Below, one piece after another: positions 51,863-61,912 of a DNA stretch of 64,000 nucleotides (position 1 is its first letter; the number at the start of each line of letters is the position of its first letter). The notes under the pieces are model-generated. The model saw only the letters and a list, made by a program, of their open reading frames with translations, did not search any database and was not told the origin of the DNA. This stretch comes from an uncultured Thermotogaceae bacterium (GTDB lineage Bacteria > Thermotogota > Thermotogae > MWEM01): assembly GCA_964462525.1 (NCBI GenBank), contig CAYWWY010000001.1, positions 183,074-247,073 of the forward strand, given 5' to 3'. A program made the translations under genes and the position numbers.

Positions 51863-53206
51863 ATGGACTTTTCCTTTCCAGAAGGTGTATATACCGATGT
51901 TCGCATAGAAGAGGTATCAAAGACAGAAATATTGCTTCACCAAGGAAAACTGGAAGGATATCGAGAACCAAACTACACAGCTGCATTCATTCGCCTCTTT
52001 GATGGAAACCGATGGTATTATGCGTCGACGACCGATCTTCGAAGGATCCCAAAAGAAATCGACTGTTTGTCAAAACTCTGCGCAAAAAACCCCAAAATAT
52101 CCGAACACCCTTTAGTTAGAAACTTTGAAGTCCATAGGGATAATACGCTTCTCTTTACAAAAGCCGCGAACATCAATTCCGTTACTCGACAAGAAAAGAT
52201 CGATCGCTTGCGTTCCTATGACCAGATCATGGATGAGAAACCTTATCTGCTGATGCGCAAAAGCCAGTACATTGACGAGTATGTAAAAAAGACCTTCATT
52301 TCCAGTAAAGGATCTTTAATCACTTTTGATTTCCAACGGGCCGGTATCCATATCCATTTCGAACTTGCGGACGGAGAACGACGCCTTCGAGAATTCTTTC
52401 AACGGGGAGGAACTCATTTTTCTCAATTAGAAAACCTCGACGAATCTTTGCTCTTTCGATACCAGCAAGCTTGTACTTTTCTCGCGAAAAGCGAACCTAT
52501 TGAACCGGGAAAATGGACATTGGTTCTTTCACCTGAAGTTTCCGGTATCTTTGCGCATGAAAGCTTTGGACATAAAAGTGAATCTGACTTTATGGCTGGA
52601 GACCTTGGGGCTCAAGAAGCGTGGAAGATTGGCACTAAAGTAGGCAGCGAAATCCTTACGATTATCGATTCGGGTCAAGTACATGGATCCGGATATGTTC
52701 CTTATGACGATGAAGGGACCCGTTCGCGCTTCACTACCTTGATTGATAAAGGTGTTCTTTCTGGTAGGCTTCATAGTGTGTCTACAGCCACAATGATGGA
52801 TGAATCCCTCACGGGAAACGCAAGAGCCGTCGATTTCTCATACGAACCGATTGTCCGTATGACAACCACATACATTAAGGAAGGAACCCAATCTTTGTAT
52901 GACCTTATCTCCGATATCGATGATGGGATTTTGGTCGAAAGCGTACATGGGGGTTCTGGAATGAGCACATTCACGATGCGACCTTCTTTAACATGGCGGA
53001 TTCGACGCGGGACCGTGGCTGAACCCGTTCGCGCCTCTGTCATCTCCGGTACAGTTATAGAAACCCTTCAACATATCGAAGGGGTATCAAATCGGCTTGA
53101 AATATCGGGCATGGTATTGGGCGGTTGTGGAAAAATGGAGCAATCGCCACTTCCAGTGGGTTTTGGAGGTCCGTACATTCGGGTAAGGGAGTTGATGGTG
53201 CAATGA
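51863..53206 (+). CDS. tldD: TldD/PmbA-family metalloprotease (TldD-like).
   Basis: C-terminal VHGGSGMSTFTMRP block typical of TldD/PmbA. Confidence 0.7.
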   Translation: MDFSFPEGVYTDVRIEEVSKTEILLHQGKLEGYREPNYTAAFIRLFDGNRWYYASTTDLRRIPKEIDCLSKLCAKNPKISEHPLVRNFEVHRDNTLLFTKAANINSVTRQEKIDRLRSYDQIMDEKPYLLMRKSQYIDEYVKKTFISSKGSLITFDFQRAGIHIHFELADGERRLREFFQRGGTHFSQLENLDESLLFRYQQACTFLAKSEPIEPGKWTLVLSPEVSGIFAHESFGHKSESDFMAGDLGAQEAWKIGTKVGSEILTIIDSGQVHGSGYVPYDDEGTRSRFTTLIDKGVLSGRLHSVSTATMMDESLTGNARAVDFSYEPIVRMTTTYIKEGTQSLYDLISDIDDGILVESVHGGSGMSTFTMRPSLTWRIRRGTVAEPVRASVISGTVIETLQHIEGVSNRLEISGMVLGGCGKMEQSPLPVGFGGPYIRVRELMVQ

Positions 53207-54444
53207 AAAAACCCATCATCGAACATTGGAAGTCGGAAATGGAAAAAGACACAGTAAAAATCACCCAATCAAAAATTGAAGCAGTAAAGAAAACTTTCAT
53301 TCATGCGGTAAGTGTGCGAGTATACGATGGTTCCAGTATCGGTGTTGCTGGCACATACGCACCTTTTGATGAACATGAAATAACACAGAAAGCCATGGAT
53401 GTACTAAAACTCAAGATCGACTATCCGTGCGCCCCTACCTCACAAGAGACTGTAACGCGTTCCTATCCGTCGATCATTCCCAACAAGGAAATCTGGATCA
53501 ATGAAGCAGAAGATTTGCTCGCTCACTTGGAGAGAGATATGACGACCTTTCAATTCCAAGGAGCCTTTCACCATTGCATCGAAACCACACAAATAGCAAA
53601 CGAAATGGGGCTTGACCTAAAAAGCCAGATTGACTTTTGTGATTTGCTTCTTACGTTTAAATCCCGATCGAGCACTGATTTGGTCGATGGATATATCGTT
53701 GTGAAGACACCTGAATGGAACCCCAAAAAGATACACGAACTGCTGAAAAAAATCTGTGCTGCATGGGAACACGAAATCCCCCTTCCTGTTGGAAAGCAAC
53801 CAATCATCTTCCTTTCAACCGAACCATGGCTTTTATCTTTGATGGTTCGAGAGCTCAATGCAGACAAAATGGGTACTGGAAGCTCCCTTTTTTCAGAGAA
53901 GAAGCACCATCGAATCTTCAATAACCGCTTCTCCCTTTATGCAACCAGAAACCCCGAAGATCATGCCATGATTCCTTTTTTTGATAGCGAGGGGGTAAGC
54001 CTTCCGGATGACCAAATCCCTCTAATCTTTGAAGGGCATATTCTTTCGCCTTTTAGCGATAAACGATCGGCTCATCGATATGGATATCCTTTAACAGCAA
54101 CCGCAGGAGGCTCATTCAACGAAATCCCCCACATTGAAAAACCAGAGCTTCGAATCAAGCCAACCTCCAAATGCATGGAAGAATTGCTAAACAGCCACAC
54201 TGGTATTTTGGTCTTAGTTTCTGCGGGGGGAGGGTATGCTCCTGACGGTGCGTTCGCCATTCCTGTATCCACGGCTTTCCTGTTCGATGGTCAAGAAATC
54301 GTAGGAAGGTTACCTCCCTTCAACCTCCGTTCGAATATTTGGAAGATCTTTGGGGAAGACTATCTAGGGACATTGGAAGGATATCTCTTCAAACCATGGG
54401 GGTATAGACCAACTGTGATTCAGATGGAGCTCTTTCCTGGCTGA
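53203..54444 (+). CDS. TldD/PmbA-family protein (PmbA-like partner).
   Basis: Distant paralogue of the upstream gene. Its start overlaps the previous stop as ATGA. Confidence 0.65.
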   Translation: MKKPIIEHWKSEMEKDTVKITQSKIEAVKKTFIHAVSVRVYDGSSIGVAGTYAPFDEHEITQKAMDVLKLKIDYPCAPTSQETVTRSYPSIIPNKEIWINEAEDLLAHLERDMTTFQFQGAFHHCIETTQIANEMGLDLKSQIDFCDLLLTFKSRSSTDLVDGYIVVKTPEWNPKKIHELLKKICAAWEHEIPLPVGKQPIIFLSTEPWLLSLMVRELNADKMGTGSSLFSEKKHHRIFNNRFSLYATRNPEDHAMIPFFDSEGVSLPDDQIPLIFEGHILSPFSDKRSAHRYGYPLTATAGGSFNEIPHIEKPELRIKPTSKCMEELLNSHTGILVLVSAGGGYAPDGAFAIPVSTAFLFDGQEIVGRLPPFNLRSNIWKIFGEDYLGTLEGYLFKPWGYRPTVIQMELFPG

Positions 54445-54512
54445 TTCTGGTTTTTTAAATTAAAAAATGCATTTGAAAGAAAAAAGCCCCACATATGAGG
54501 TTTTTTTCTATA

Positions 54513-54539
54513 CCGATTTGGGACAATACCCAAAATCGG
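54513..54539 (+). promoter_or_regulatory. Near-perfect inverted repeat (candidate operator or hairpin) upstream of the PAS kinase gene.
   Basis: CCGATTTGGG-acaata-CCCAAAATCGG. It lies just upstream of a TATACT -10-like element and the RBS AAGGAGG. Confidence 0.4.
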
Positions 54540-54647
54540 AAAATATGCTATACTATACCCTAGTTGAGGTTTGGGGATCCAATAACTCTCAACCCGCTTC
54601 TGAACGACCCTTATTCCAACATCGTAATAATGATCTAAGGAGGCTTT

Positions 54648-56960
54648 ATGCTCCACAAAGATGTACACAAAATCAAACGGTGGATTCCGATCGAAGGGAA
54701 AACCGGGATCGTTATGGAAGGAAGCTCTTGGAGATGGGAGTACCATCACAAATCCCAGGCTTTTCTCTGGAGCAGTAGTTTTATTGATATCTTGGATAAC
54801 CCCAATCAAGAGGTCGACGCGTCTCTGGATTCCTTTATCAAACTGATCCATCCCGAAGACCAAGAATCTGTACGTAAGGCCTGGACACAATCCATCCGCA
54901 CGGAAGAATCTTATTCAATCGAATACCGGTTGAAAATTGCGCAAGATTCGTTTATATGGATCAGTGAGTATTGCCGTACGGAATTTGATAAAAATGGAAA
55001 TCCAATCCGTTCTGTCGGGATTCTTCACGACATTAGTGACTGGAAAACCCAGGAAGAACAGTTGAACAAGGAAAAAGACCGATTGCAGGATGTTTTGTCA
55101 TCGATCGGAGCAGGCACTTGGGAAGTAAATCTCCTGACAGGGGATACCAAAAGAAACAAAAACTGGTATCATGCTTTTGGATACAATCCAACTGATTCTC
55201 CCCCTCATCAAAATTTCGGATTATCGATCATTCATCCAAATGATCAAAAAAAAGTCAAAGAGTCGATAGATGCGTTGATCCGGGGCGATCAGGTTGTATC
55301 TGAGCTTGAAGTTCGATTGAAACATAAACAAAGAGATTGGATTTGGGTAATCAGTAGGGCGCAAGTCATCTCATTTAAGAACGGGATTTCCGAGCGTTTG
55401 TCCGGTATCGATTTTGACATTTCCGACCAGAAGAAAAAAGAGCAAACGCTTCAATCTTGGATTTCATTGCTCAATGCAACCCTTGAATCCATTGTCGATG
55501 GGATTCTAATAATCAATCGCTTCGAAAAAGTTGTGAAATGGAACCGAAAAGGTCTGATTCTTTGGAACCTTTCTGAATCCCTTGTCCAGGAAGGTCTTTT
55601 CGAAAAAGTCATTCAACACATGGCCCGGAATCTGGATGATCCTGCGCAGTTTAATGAGCAAGCTAAAGCGGTGTATGCCAATCCACAAGAATCGAGTTTT
55701 CGTCAAGTTCGTTTTGCCGATGGAAAAATTCTTGAATGGTATTCTAAACCACAATACATGGGAAATGCTGTTGTAGGAAGCGTATGGAGTTTCTGTGACA
55801 TCACAGAACAGATTCGCCTTCAAACCCAACTTCAAGAACAGCAAATGCAGATCGAATATGCAATGAAAGAAATGCCTGCCTCCATTTGGACTGCCTCTCA
55901 TCCCGATCATACTCCGGTTTTTTTCAGCGAATCCAGCGAAAAGCTGTATGGCAGATCGATGGACGATATCTTTGCAAATCCTGATATCGAGCTTGAATTC
56001 ACTCATCCAGAGGATCGAGAAATAGCGGTGAAGGCATATGAAACCTTGGAAAAGGAAGGAGTTGCAGAATTTGAGTATCGGCTTGTTCACCCGGACCACT
56101 CATTTATTTGGGTCAATCGGAAAATGAGGGCAGTTAGGGAAAACGGGAGAATCGTCCGGATCCAAGGAATCGAAGTCGATATTACAGAGCGAAAGAAGTA
56201 CGAGTCCCAACTCCTTGAAGCAAAAATGCAAGCAGAAGCTTTTTCAAAAGCCAAATCTGATTTTTTATCCAATATGTCTCATGAACTCAGAACCCCGTTA
56301 ACTGGGATAATCGGTTTTGCTGATTCTTTAATGATGACTCCATTAAATGATGAGCAAAGGTTTCTTCTTCAGCATATTATTACTGCCTCAGAGGCGTTGA
56401 AGAATGTGGTTGGAAACGTGCTGGATATCTCAAAGATCGAAGCAGGAAAACTGGAACTCCATCCGCGTTCGGTTGATTTGCTTTCTTTATCTCGCCAGAC
56501 TTTAAGTATGGTTCAGTACCAAGCCAAACAGAAACAGATCCAACTGTCTCTAACGGTTGATCCTCTCATTCCAAAAGTCATGATCGATCCGCTTCGAATT
56601 CAACAGATTCTGCTCAATTTGGTGGCAAATGCAGTCAAGTTCACGCCTGAAAGAGGTCGAGTGGACCTTACCATAAAAAAAAGAAGTGATTTCCCTCTCT
56701 GCGTGGGTTTTGAAATTGCTGATACCGGGATCGGAATCCCTGAGAATGAGAAGAAACGAATTTTCGAACCCTTTGAGCAAATTGATAGTTCTTTAACACG
56801 AAAGTATTCAGGAACCGGAATCGGTCTTGCTATCTCTCTCGAACTGGTTCAACGGATGGGTTCCGCTATTCAGGTCAAATCGGAATTGGGTAAGGGCTCG
56901 ACTTTCTTTTTTGATTTAGAACTTCAACCTTCCTCACTTCATCGAAAAAAGGGGAAGTAG
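54648..56960 (+). CDS. Multi-PAS/PAC sensor histidine kinase with no adjacent response regulator.
   Basis: At least 4 PAS/PAC modules, then HisKA (SHELRTPLTGIIGFADSL) and HATPase_c (GTGIGLAIS). Confidence 0.8.
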   Translation: MLHKDVHKIKRWIPIEGKTGIVMEGSSWRWEYHHKSQAFLWSSSFIDILDNPNQEVDASLDSFIKLIHPEDQESVRKAWTQSIRTEESYSIEYRLKIAQDSFIWISEYCRTEFDKNGNPIRSVGILHDISDWKTQEEQLNKEKDRLQDVLSSIGAGTWEVNLLTGDTKRNKNWYHAFGYNPTDSPPHQNFGLSIIHPNDQKKVKESIDALIRGDQVVSELEVRLKHKQRDWIWVISRAQVISFKNGISERLSGIDFDISDQKKKEQTLQSWISLLNATLESIVDGILIINRFEKVVKWNRKGLILWNLSESLVQEGLFEKVIQHMARNLDDPAQFNEQAKAVYANPQESSFRQVRFADGKILEWYSKPQYMGNAVVGSVWSFCDITEQIRLQTQLQEQQMQIEYAMKEMPASIWTASHPDHTPVFFSESSEKLYGRSMDDIFANPDIELEFTHPEDREIAVKAYETLEKEGVAEFEYRLVHPDHSFIWVNRKMRAVRENGRIVRIQGIEVDITERKKYESQLLEAKMQAEAFSKAKSDFLSNMSHELRTPLTGIIGFADSLMMTPLNDEQRFLLQHIITASEALKNVVGNVLDISKIEAGKLELHPRSVDLLSLSRQTLSMVQYQAKQKQIQLSLTVDPLIPKVMIDPLRIQQILLNLVANAVKFTPERGRVDLTIKKRSDFPLCVGFEIADTGIGIPENEKKRIFEPFEQIDSSLTRKYSGTGIGLAISLELVQRMGSAIQVKSELGKGSTFFFDLELQPSSLHRKKGK

Positions 56961-57300
56961 CATATAGGATCATTGTTGATAGAATGCCATTAATGGAATC
57001 TTATACAAACGGCTGGCGTTTACAATCACCTTTGAAAACTCAAAAGCAATGAGCGCATCTTTCGGATTCCGTGGTTCACGATCCCATTCCCGAATAATAT
57101 CTCGATACAGACAGATCAGCACCTCTCGGCGTTTCATACGTCCCCCCCCCTATACTGAGCGGTATTTATGCTTCTCTCATGTTATATTATATAACAATTT
57201 ATTCCTTTTTGTCAATAGTGATAAAGGAAGAAAACCAGAGGCATTTCAAAGAAAACCATACGTTCTGTCGAAAATAGCCCTACAATAAATATAACTCATT

Positions 57301-57334
57301 TTGATTTCCGATTAAACTGTGGTAAAATACAGTT
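57301..57334 (+). promoter_or_regulatory. Promoter TTGATT-N16-TAAAAT overlapped by an AACTGT-N8-ACAGTT palindrome (candidate autoregulatory operator) that abuts the start codon.
   Basis: TTGATT at 57301-06 and TAAAAT at 57323-28. AACTGT at 57315-20 and ACAGTT at 57329-34 fit the CTGT-N8-ACAG geometry. ATG at 57335 has no SD sequence. Confidence 0.55.
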
Positions 57335-58009
57335 ATGAATCCAACAACTGAAGGTATCGGTACTCGCGTGAAAAAACGCAGAGTGATCATGGGATTGAGT
57401 CAAAAAAAACTATCCGATCTATTGGGTGTTGCTCAAGCTCATATTTCCAAAATCGAGCGGGGGAAAGGATATCCATCTCCTAAACTCTTGGTCAATATCG
57501 CTCGTGTCTTGAAAACGACTTCCGGATACCTTACTGGATCATTCTCCGAATCAGAATCTTCTCCATTCGAAACCGGGTTGGTCGAGTTCGATCGCGAAAC
57601 ACAACGGTATAAAGTTCGCGTAATTGGTCGTATTTCTGCAGGAGGTACCGAAAACTGTTCAATTGCTGCAGAAGAGGTTATTGCGGTTATCGAATCAGAC
57701 AAACCCATGGACTATGCCTTATTGGTTCGCGGGGATAGCATGGAACCAAGGCTGTTTGATGGGGATGTTGTGTTGATTCAGAAGACTCCTGTGAGTGAAT
57801 TAAAAAACCGCGATATGGTCGTAGTGATACGGAATTTTGAAGAGGGCCTTGTAAAACGGTTTTTCCAAGATGATTCAGGAAATGTAATCCTACAAAGCGA
57901 TAATGCAAATTACCCTCCCCTCATTATCCCAGCTGACCAAATTGGTATTGAATGCTTTATTGTGGGAAAGGTAATCGAGATACGAGCTTATCCTGGTAGC
58001 CGTTTCTAG
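57335..58009 (+). CDS. CI/LexA-like repressor with an XRE-type HTH and a peptidase S24 (autocleavage) domain.
   Basis: HTH_3 segment MGLSQKKLSDLLGVAQAHISKIERG. S24 segment VRGDSMEPRLFDGDVVLI...VKRF. Confidence 0.75.
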   Translation: MNPTTEGIGTRVKKRRVIMGLSQKKLSDLLGVAQAHISKIERGKGYPSPKLLVNIARVLKTTSGYLTGSFSESESSPFETGLVEFDRETQRYKVRVIGRISAGGTENCSIAAEEVIAVIESDKPMDYALLVRGDSMEPRLFDGDVVLIQKTPVSELKNRDMVVVIRNFEEGLVKRFFQDDSGNVILQSDNANYPPLIIPADQIGIECFIVGKVIEIRAYPGSRF

Positions 58010-58548
58010 GAGGCGAAAAGCACCGTGTTTGTTTGCTGTTGCAGTTCAGATAAGCAATTTGATCTAGCTTTTTTCAAAGGCTTTATTTTCGCCGCCCTGT
58101 TCCAACAAAGATGGAGTTCTTGAAGGAATACAAGCACTTTCAAAGGTTCAATATTCAATGCGCCACCCCTTTTCCGTATCTTGTTCTCGTGTGTCCCGAA
58201 GATCTTCAAAGGAAAAAGGACGATCTGATTGACCGCGGGATCCCTGATCGGAACTAATTGCTCTTTCAACATTGGTTCGCATAAACGCATTCTGGTATTT
58301 TATTGAAACCGGAAGCTTTCATCGATAACGCAATCCTTTATATGATCTAGATAATGGATATTGTTAACTGATGCCCATTATGCCCTTCCTTACGTTATGA
58401 ATACCATCGGGCAGCACTCTATCTGTTGGCGGAATTATATTATTTTGCTTGAAACTTCAATATACGAATTCAATGCATCAAAAAATTTGAAGGGCGTTGA
58501 TTGATTGAAACCAATAAGAATCCAAAATTATAAAAGCAGGAGTCCCCT

Positions 58549-60071
58549 ATGTCAATACTCGAAAAAAAACTGCTTGAACTCCAGACCCGAATGCACGAAA
58601 TCATGAATCTCCAAAAAACCAACGCTTTACTGTATTGGGATCAAGCAACAAATATGCCCGTAGACGGGGGGTATAACGGAGCAAAGCATTGGCAACAATT
58701 TCTCGAATCATCCACGAAAAGCAAACAGATCCTGCAGTCGGCAAACTTTTGGACAATCCTGAACCCATGGTAGAATCTTTTCCCTACGATCATGACAATT
58801 CGGCTTTTGTCCGTATTGCCCGTAGAGATTTCGAACGCGCCATTAAAGTGCCCTCTTCATTTATTTCAGACGCTTCTAGCCATTTTGCTTCTACGTACCA
58901 GGCGTGGACAGATGCCTGCCTTTCTAATAAATTTAAGGGGATCTTGCCGATGCTGGAAAAAACTTTGGTTATAAGCAGGCAAATGGCGGATTTCTTCCCT
59001 GGGTACGATCATATAGCCGATCCGCTTATCGATTTTTCCGATTATGGCTTGAAAGCCAATAATGTCCGTAAAATTATTATTGAATTGCGTCAACAACTAA
59101 TCCCTTTGGTACAGACGGTAACCGCACAAGAGATTGCCGATGATAGCTGCTTACACAAACACTTTCCAGAAAAAAAACAACTTGATTTCAGCGCTCAGAT
59201 GATCAAAGCTTTCGGTTTTAATTTTTCTCGAGGTCGACAGGATCAAAGCCCCCATCCATTTACGATCAGTCTTTCAATAGACGATGTCCGGATTACAACC
59301 AGAATCATAGAAGGAGATCTGAGTTGGGGATTTTTCTCTACGACACACGAAGCGGGGCATCCTATGTATGAGCAAGGAATCAAGAGGTCCTTTGAGGACA
59401 CTCCACTTAAAAGAGGCACGAGCTCAAGCATTCACGAATCTCAATCTCGGACATGGGAAAACCTGGTTTCACGAAGCCGACCGTTTTGGGAATACTTTTA
59501 TCCACATCTTCAAAAGACCTTCCCCGAACAACTCAATCCTGTTTCTCTGGATTCTTTTTATCGAGCAGTTAATAAGGTTCAGCGGTCTGTTATTCGAACG
59601 GAAGCAGACGAGTTAACCTACAATCTTCACGTTATGATACGCTTTGAACTCGAATTGCAGTTGATGGAAGGAGAGCTTGCTGTCAAAGATTTGCCTGAAG
59701 CATGGAGAGCGGCATATCAGCGAGTACTGGGATTGTCCACTGATAATGATTCCGATGGATGTATGCAAGATATTCACTGGTTCTCGAAGATGATTGGAGG
59801 TGCTTTCCAAGGGTATACGCTTGGCAACATCATATCCGCGCAGTTTTTCGAACGAGCGCTTCAAGCCCACCCCGAAATCCCTCAGGAGTTTCGCAAAGGG
59901 GAATTTCACACCTTGCGGAATTGGTTAACAGAGCATATTTATCAACATGGGCGTAAGTTTACCACAACCGAGCTAATTCAAAGGATTACTGGTGAAGGTT
60001 TGTCCATCGGACCATATATTCGTTATCTCAAGAAGAAATTCAGTGAATTGCACAAAATCGAAAAACACTAG
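58549..60071 (+). pseudogene. M32 carboxypeptidase (Taq-type), interrupted by a -1 frameshift near 58666-58677.
   Basis: The first frame reads ...LLYWDQATNMPVDGG then goes out of register and stops at 58773. The second frame reads ...RSKALATISRIIHEKQTDPAVGKLL... and continues through HEAGHPMYEQG (HExxH) to 60071. The junction coincides with a G6 run at 58666-58671. Confidence 0.7.
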
Positions 60072-60541
60072 ACCAATCTGTCTCAAATCTGAAGTTCGTT
60101 CTGAACATTCAAGCTATGGTCAACAATGGCTTCGATATATCCGATGGTAACAAGATTCATGAGGTCCATCGGGGCTTTGCGCATAAAGGTCAGACCTCCA
60201 TTTCCTAGACCCTTGTTCCGAACAAGTGGTTCTATGTGAGATCCGCTTGATTGCTGCAAATTCAAGGCGGAATCATGGAAAATGAATCAAAGGGGCACTT
60301 GAGGTAAGAACAACCCCATTAGTCGCTACCAGTATTTCTCTCGAGCCCAAAATATGACTCATCTTTCTCAACGCCATCCGCCTCTTTCTATTAAATAATT
60401 GGAGAGGTAATCGGTTTTTTGACCTTTTTTTTCCAACGATATCATACTCTTGTCGTTAACCTCTTACTTTTCGCAAAGACAGAAGGGGGCACTTTTTTTG
60501 TCGCTTTCGCTCACACTTAAGGAGGGAAAGGCTATACGCGT

Positions 60542-61528
60542 ATGAAAAACCACGATCACACAAAACATTACGTGTCTCAGATCAACGAAGTGCTGGACTA
60601 TATTGATCGCAACTTGACCCGTTCTTTTACCCTTGAAGAGCTTGCAGCTATTGCAGGATTCTCAAAATATCACTTTCATCGGATCTTTACTGCCTTCCTT
60701 GGAGAAACCCTGTTTCGCTATATTCAGCGATTGCGGTTGGAAAAAGCAGCCCGTTTGCTTTTGGAGCGCAAAGAAGAGAGTATCACGCAGATTGCGATGG
60801 ATGTTGGTTTTTCCGGATCAGCACCCTTTTCCCGAGCTTTTAAGGAAGTATTTTGCATCCGGCCCAGTGATTGGAAAAAGAAACACCGCAATTCATGCCA
60901 TAATCTTAGCAATCCTGAGCAATCGTTTCGTAAGAATGGCAAAGACTTACCGAACAATCCCCTTTATCATTCAGTGATCTCATCTGAAATAGTGAGGTAT
61001 GCGGAAAGGGAAACGATGAACAAAGGGATTGTTCAACCGATTGGGTCAGTTCGAGTGGAACGGATTGAGCAGATGACATTGGCATACATTCGATACATAG
61101 GACCGTATCAAGGAGATGAACTGCTATTCGAACGGCTTTTCAACCAGCTATCCCATTGGGCGAACCCGAAAAATATGATTCGATTTCCAGAGGCGAAGTG
61201 TATCATTGTGTATCATGATGATCCAGATATCACTCAACCAGAAAAACTCAGAATTAGTGTATGCATTAGTGTGCCCTCCGATACCAAGGTCCAAAAAGCA
61301 ATCGGGAAAATGGTCATAGATTCTGGGAAATGCGCTATCGGTCATTTTGAAGTCAGAGGAGATGAGTTTGGGAAGGCTTGGAACTACATGTATGGGTTCT
61401 GGTTGCCTCATAGCGGTTATGTACCAGATGACCGGCATTGCTTCGAGTTATATCCGAAAGAAAAGGAAACTCATCCCGAAGGCAAATACACAGTGGATAT
61501 CCACGTTCCTTTGAAATCGGCGGAATGA
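60542..61528 (+). CDS. AraC-family transcriptional regulator with a C-terminal GyrI-like effector-binding domain.
   Basis: N-terminal HTH_AraC (SFTLEELAAIAGFSKYHFHRIF...) and a C-terminal GyrI-like fold (~150 aa). Confidence 0.8.
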   Translation: MKNHDHTKHYVSQINEVLDYIDRNLTRSFTLEELAAIAGFSKYHFHRIFTAFLGETLFRYIQRLRLEKAARLLLERKEESITQIAMDVGFSGSAPFSRAFKEVFCIRPSDWKKKHRNSCHNLSNPEQSFRKNGKDLPNNPLYHSVISSEIVRYAERETMNKGIVQPIGSVRVERIEQMTLAYIRYIGPYQGDELLFERLFNQLSHWANPKNMIRFPEAKCIIVYHDDPDITQPEKLRISVCISVPSDTKVQKAIGKMVIDSGKCAIGHFEVRGDEFGKAWNYMYGFWLPHSGYVPDDRHCFELYPKEKETHPEGKYTVDIHVPLKSAE

Positions 61529-61699
61529 TCAAGCGGTCCATCAAGAAAAGCTCTTACCTCGAAATTTGATCCATATCCATGCAACGAGCGAGATTCAGGA
61601 TACGAGCTTGAAAACTCCAAGTCTTTTCTTACACCCAATTCTCGAGAAAAGAATGGTACTATTGGGTAAAGAAGAGAGAATGACTCGGAGAAAAAGATC

Positions 61700-61912
61700 A
61701 TGCTTAATACGCGCGCTTTTCTTGCTGTCCCTCTCTTAATGGGAATGGGATTCCCTCCAACTGCGGCTGCAATGATCACTCTTCTTTTCAATAGCACATC
61801 AGTCGCTTTTGGAGCCGTTGGTACAGCGATAGTTGTGGGGATCGGCAATTCTATTTCGGGATCGTTTATCGCTTCGATCCTCTCTATTCTCCAGAAATTC
61901 TCCAATTTATAA
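61700..61912 (+). pseudogene. Remnant of an L-lactate permease (LctP-family) gene.
   Basis: AVPLLMGMGFPPTAAAMITLLFNSTSVAFGAVGTAIVVG aligns with the conserved [37 protein letters not shown] block of LldP/LctP permeases. The frame is closed 30 nt upstream and after 70 codons. Confidence 0.45.

Noticed and set aside
54481-54507. aaaaagccccacatatgaggttttttt considered as an intrinsic terminator after pmbA.
   Set aside because: The flanking A and T runs are right, but the putative stem (CCCCA/TGAGG) has an internal mismatch and only about 4 bp. It is too weak to call.
58006-58290. 94-aa minus-strand ORF overlapping the repressor gene end.
   Set aside because: No RBS, an odd composition and overlap with a confident gene. 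It more likely sits within a non-coding AT-rich region.
60085-60100. GTTC-N5-GAAC near the carboxypeptidase stop, considered as a Cheo-type (GAAC-N4-GTTC) SOS box.
   Set aside because: Wrong half-site orientation and spacing. It is more likely part of a weak terminator-like hairpin.
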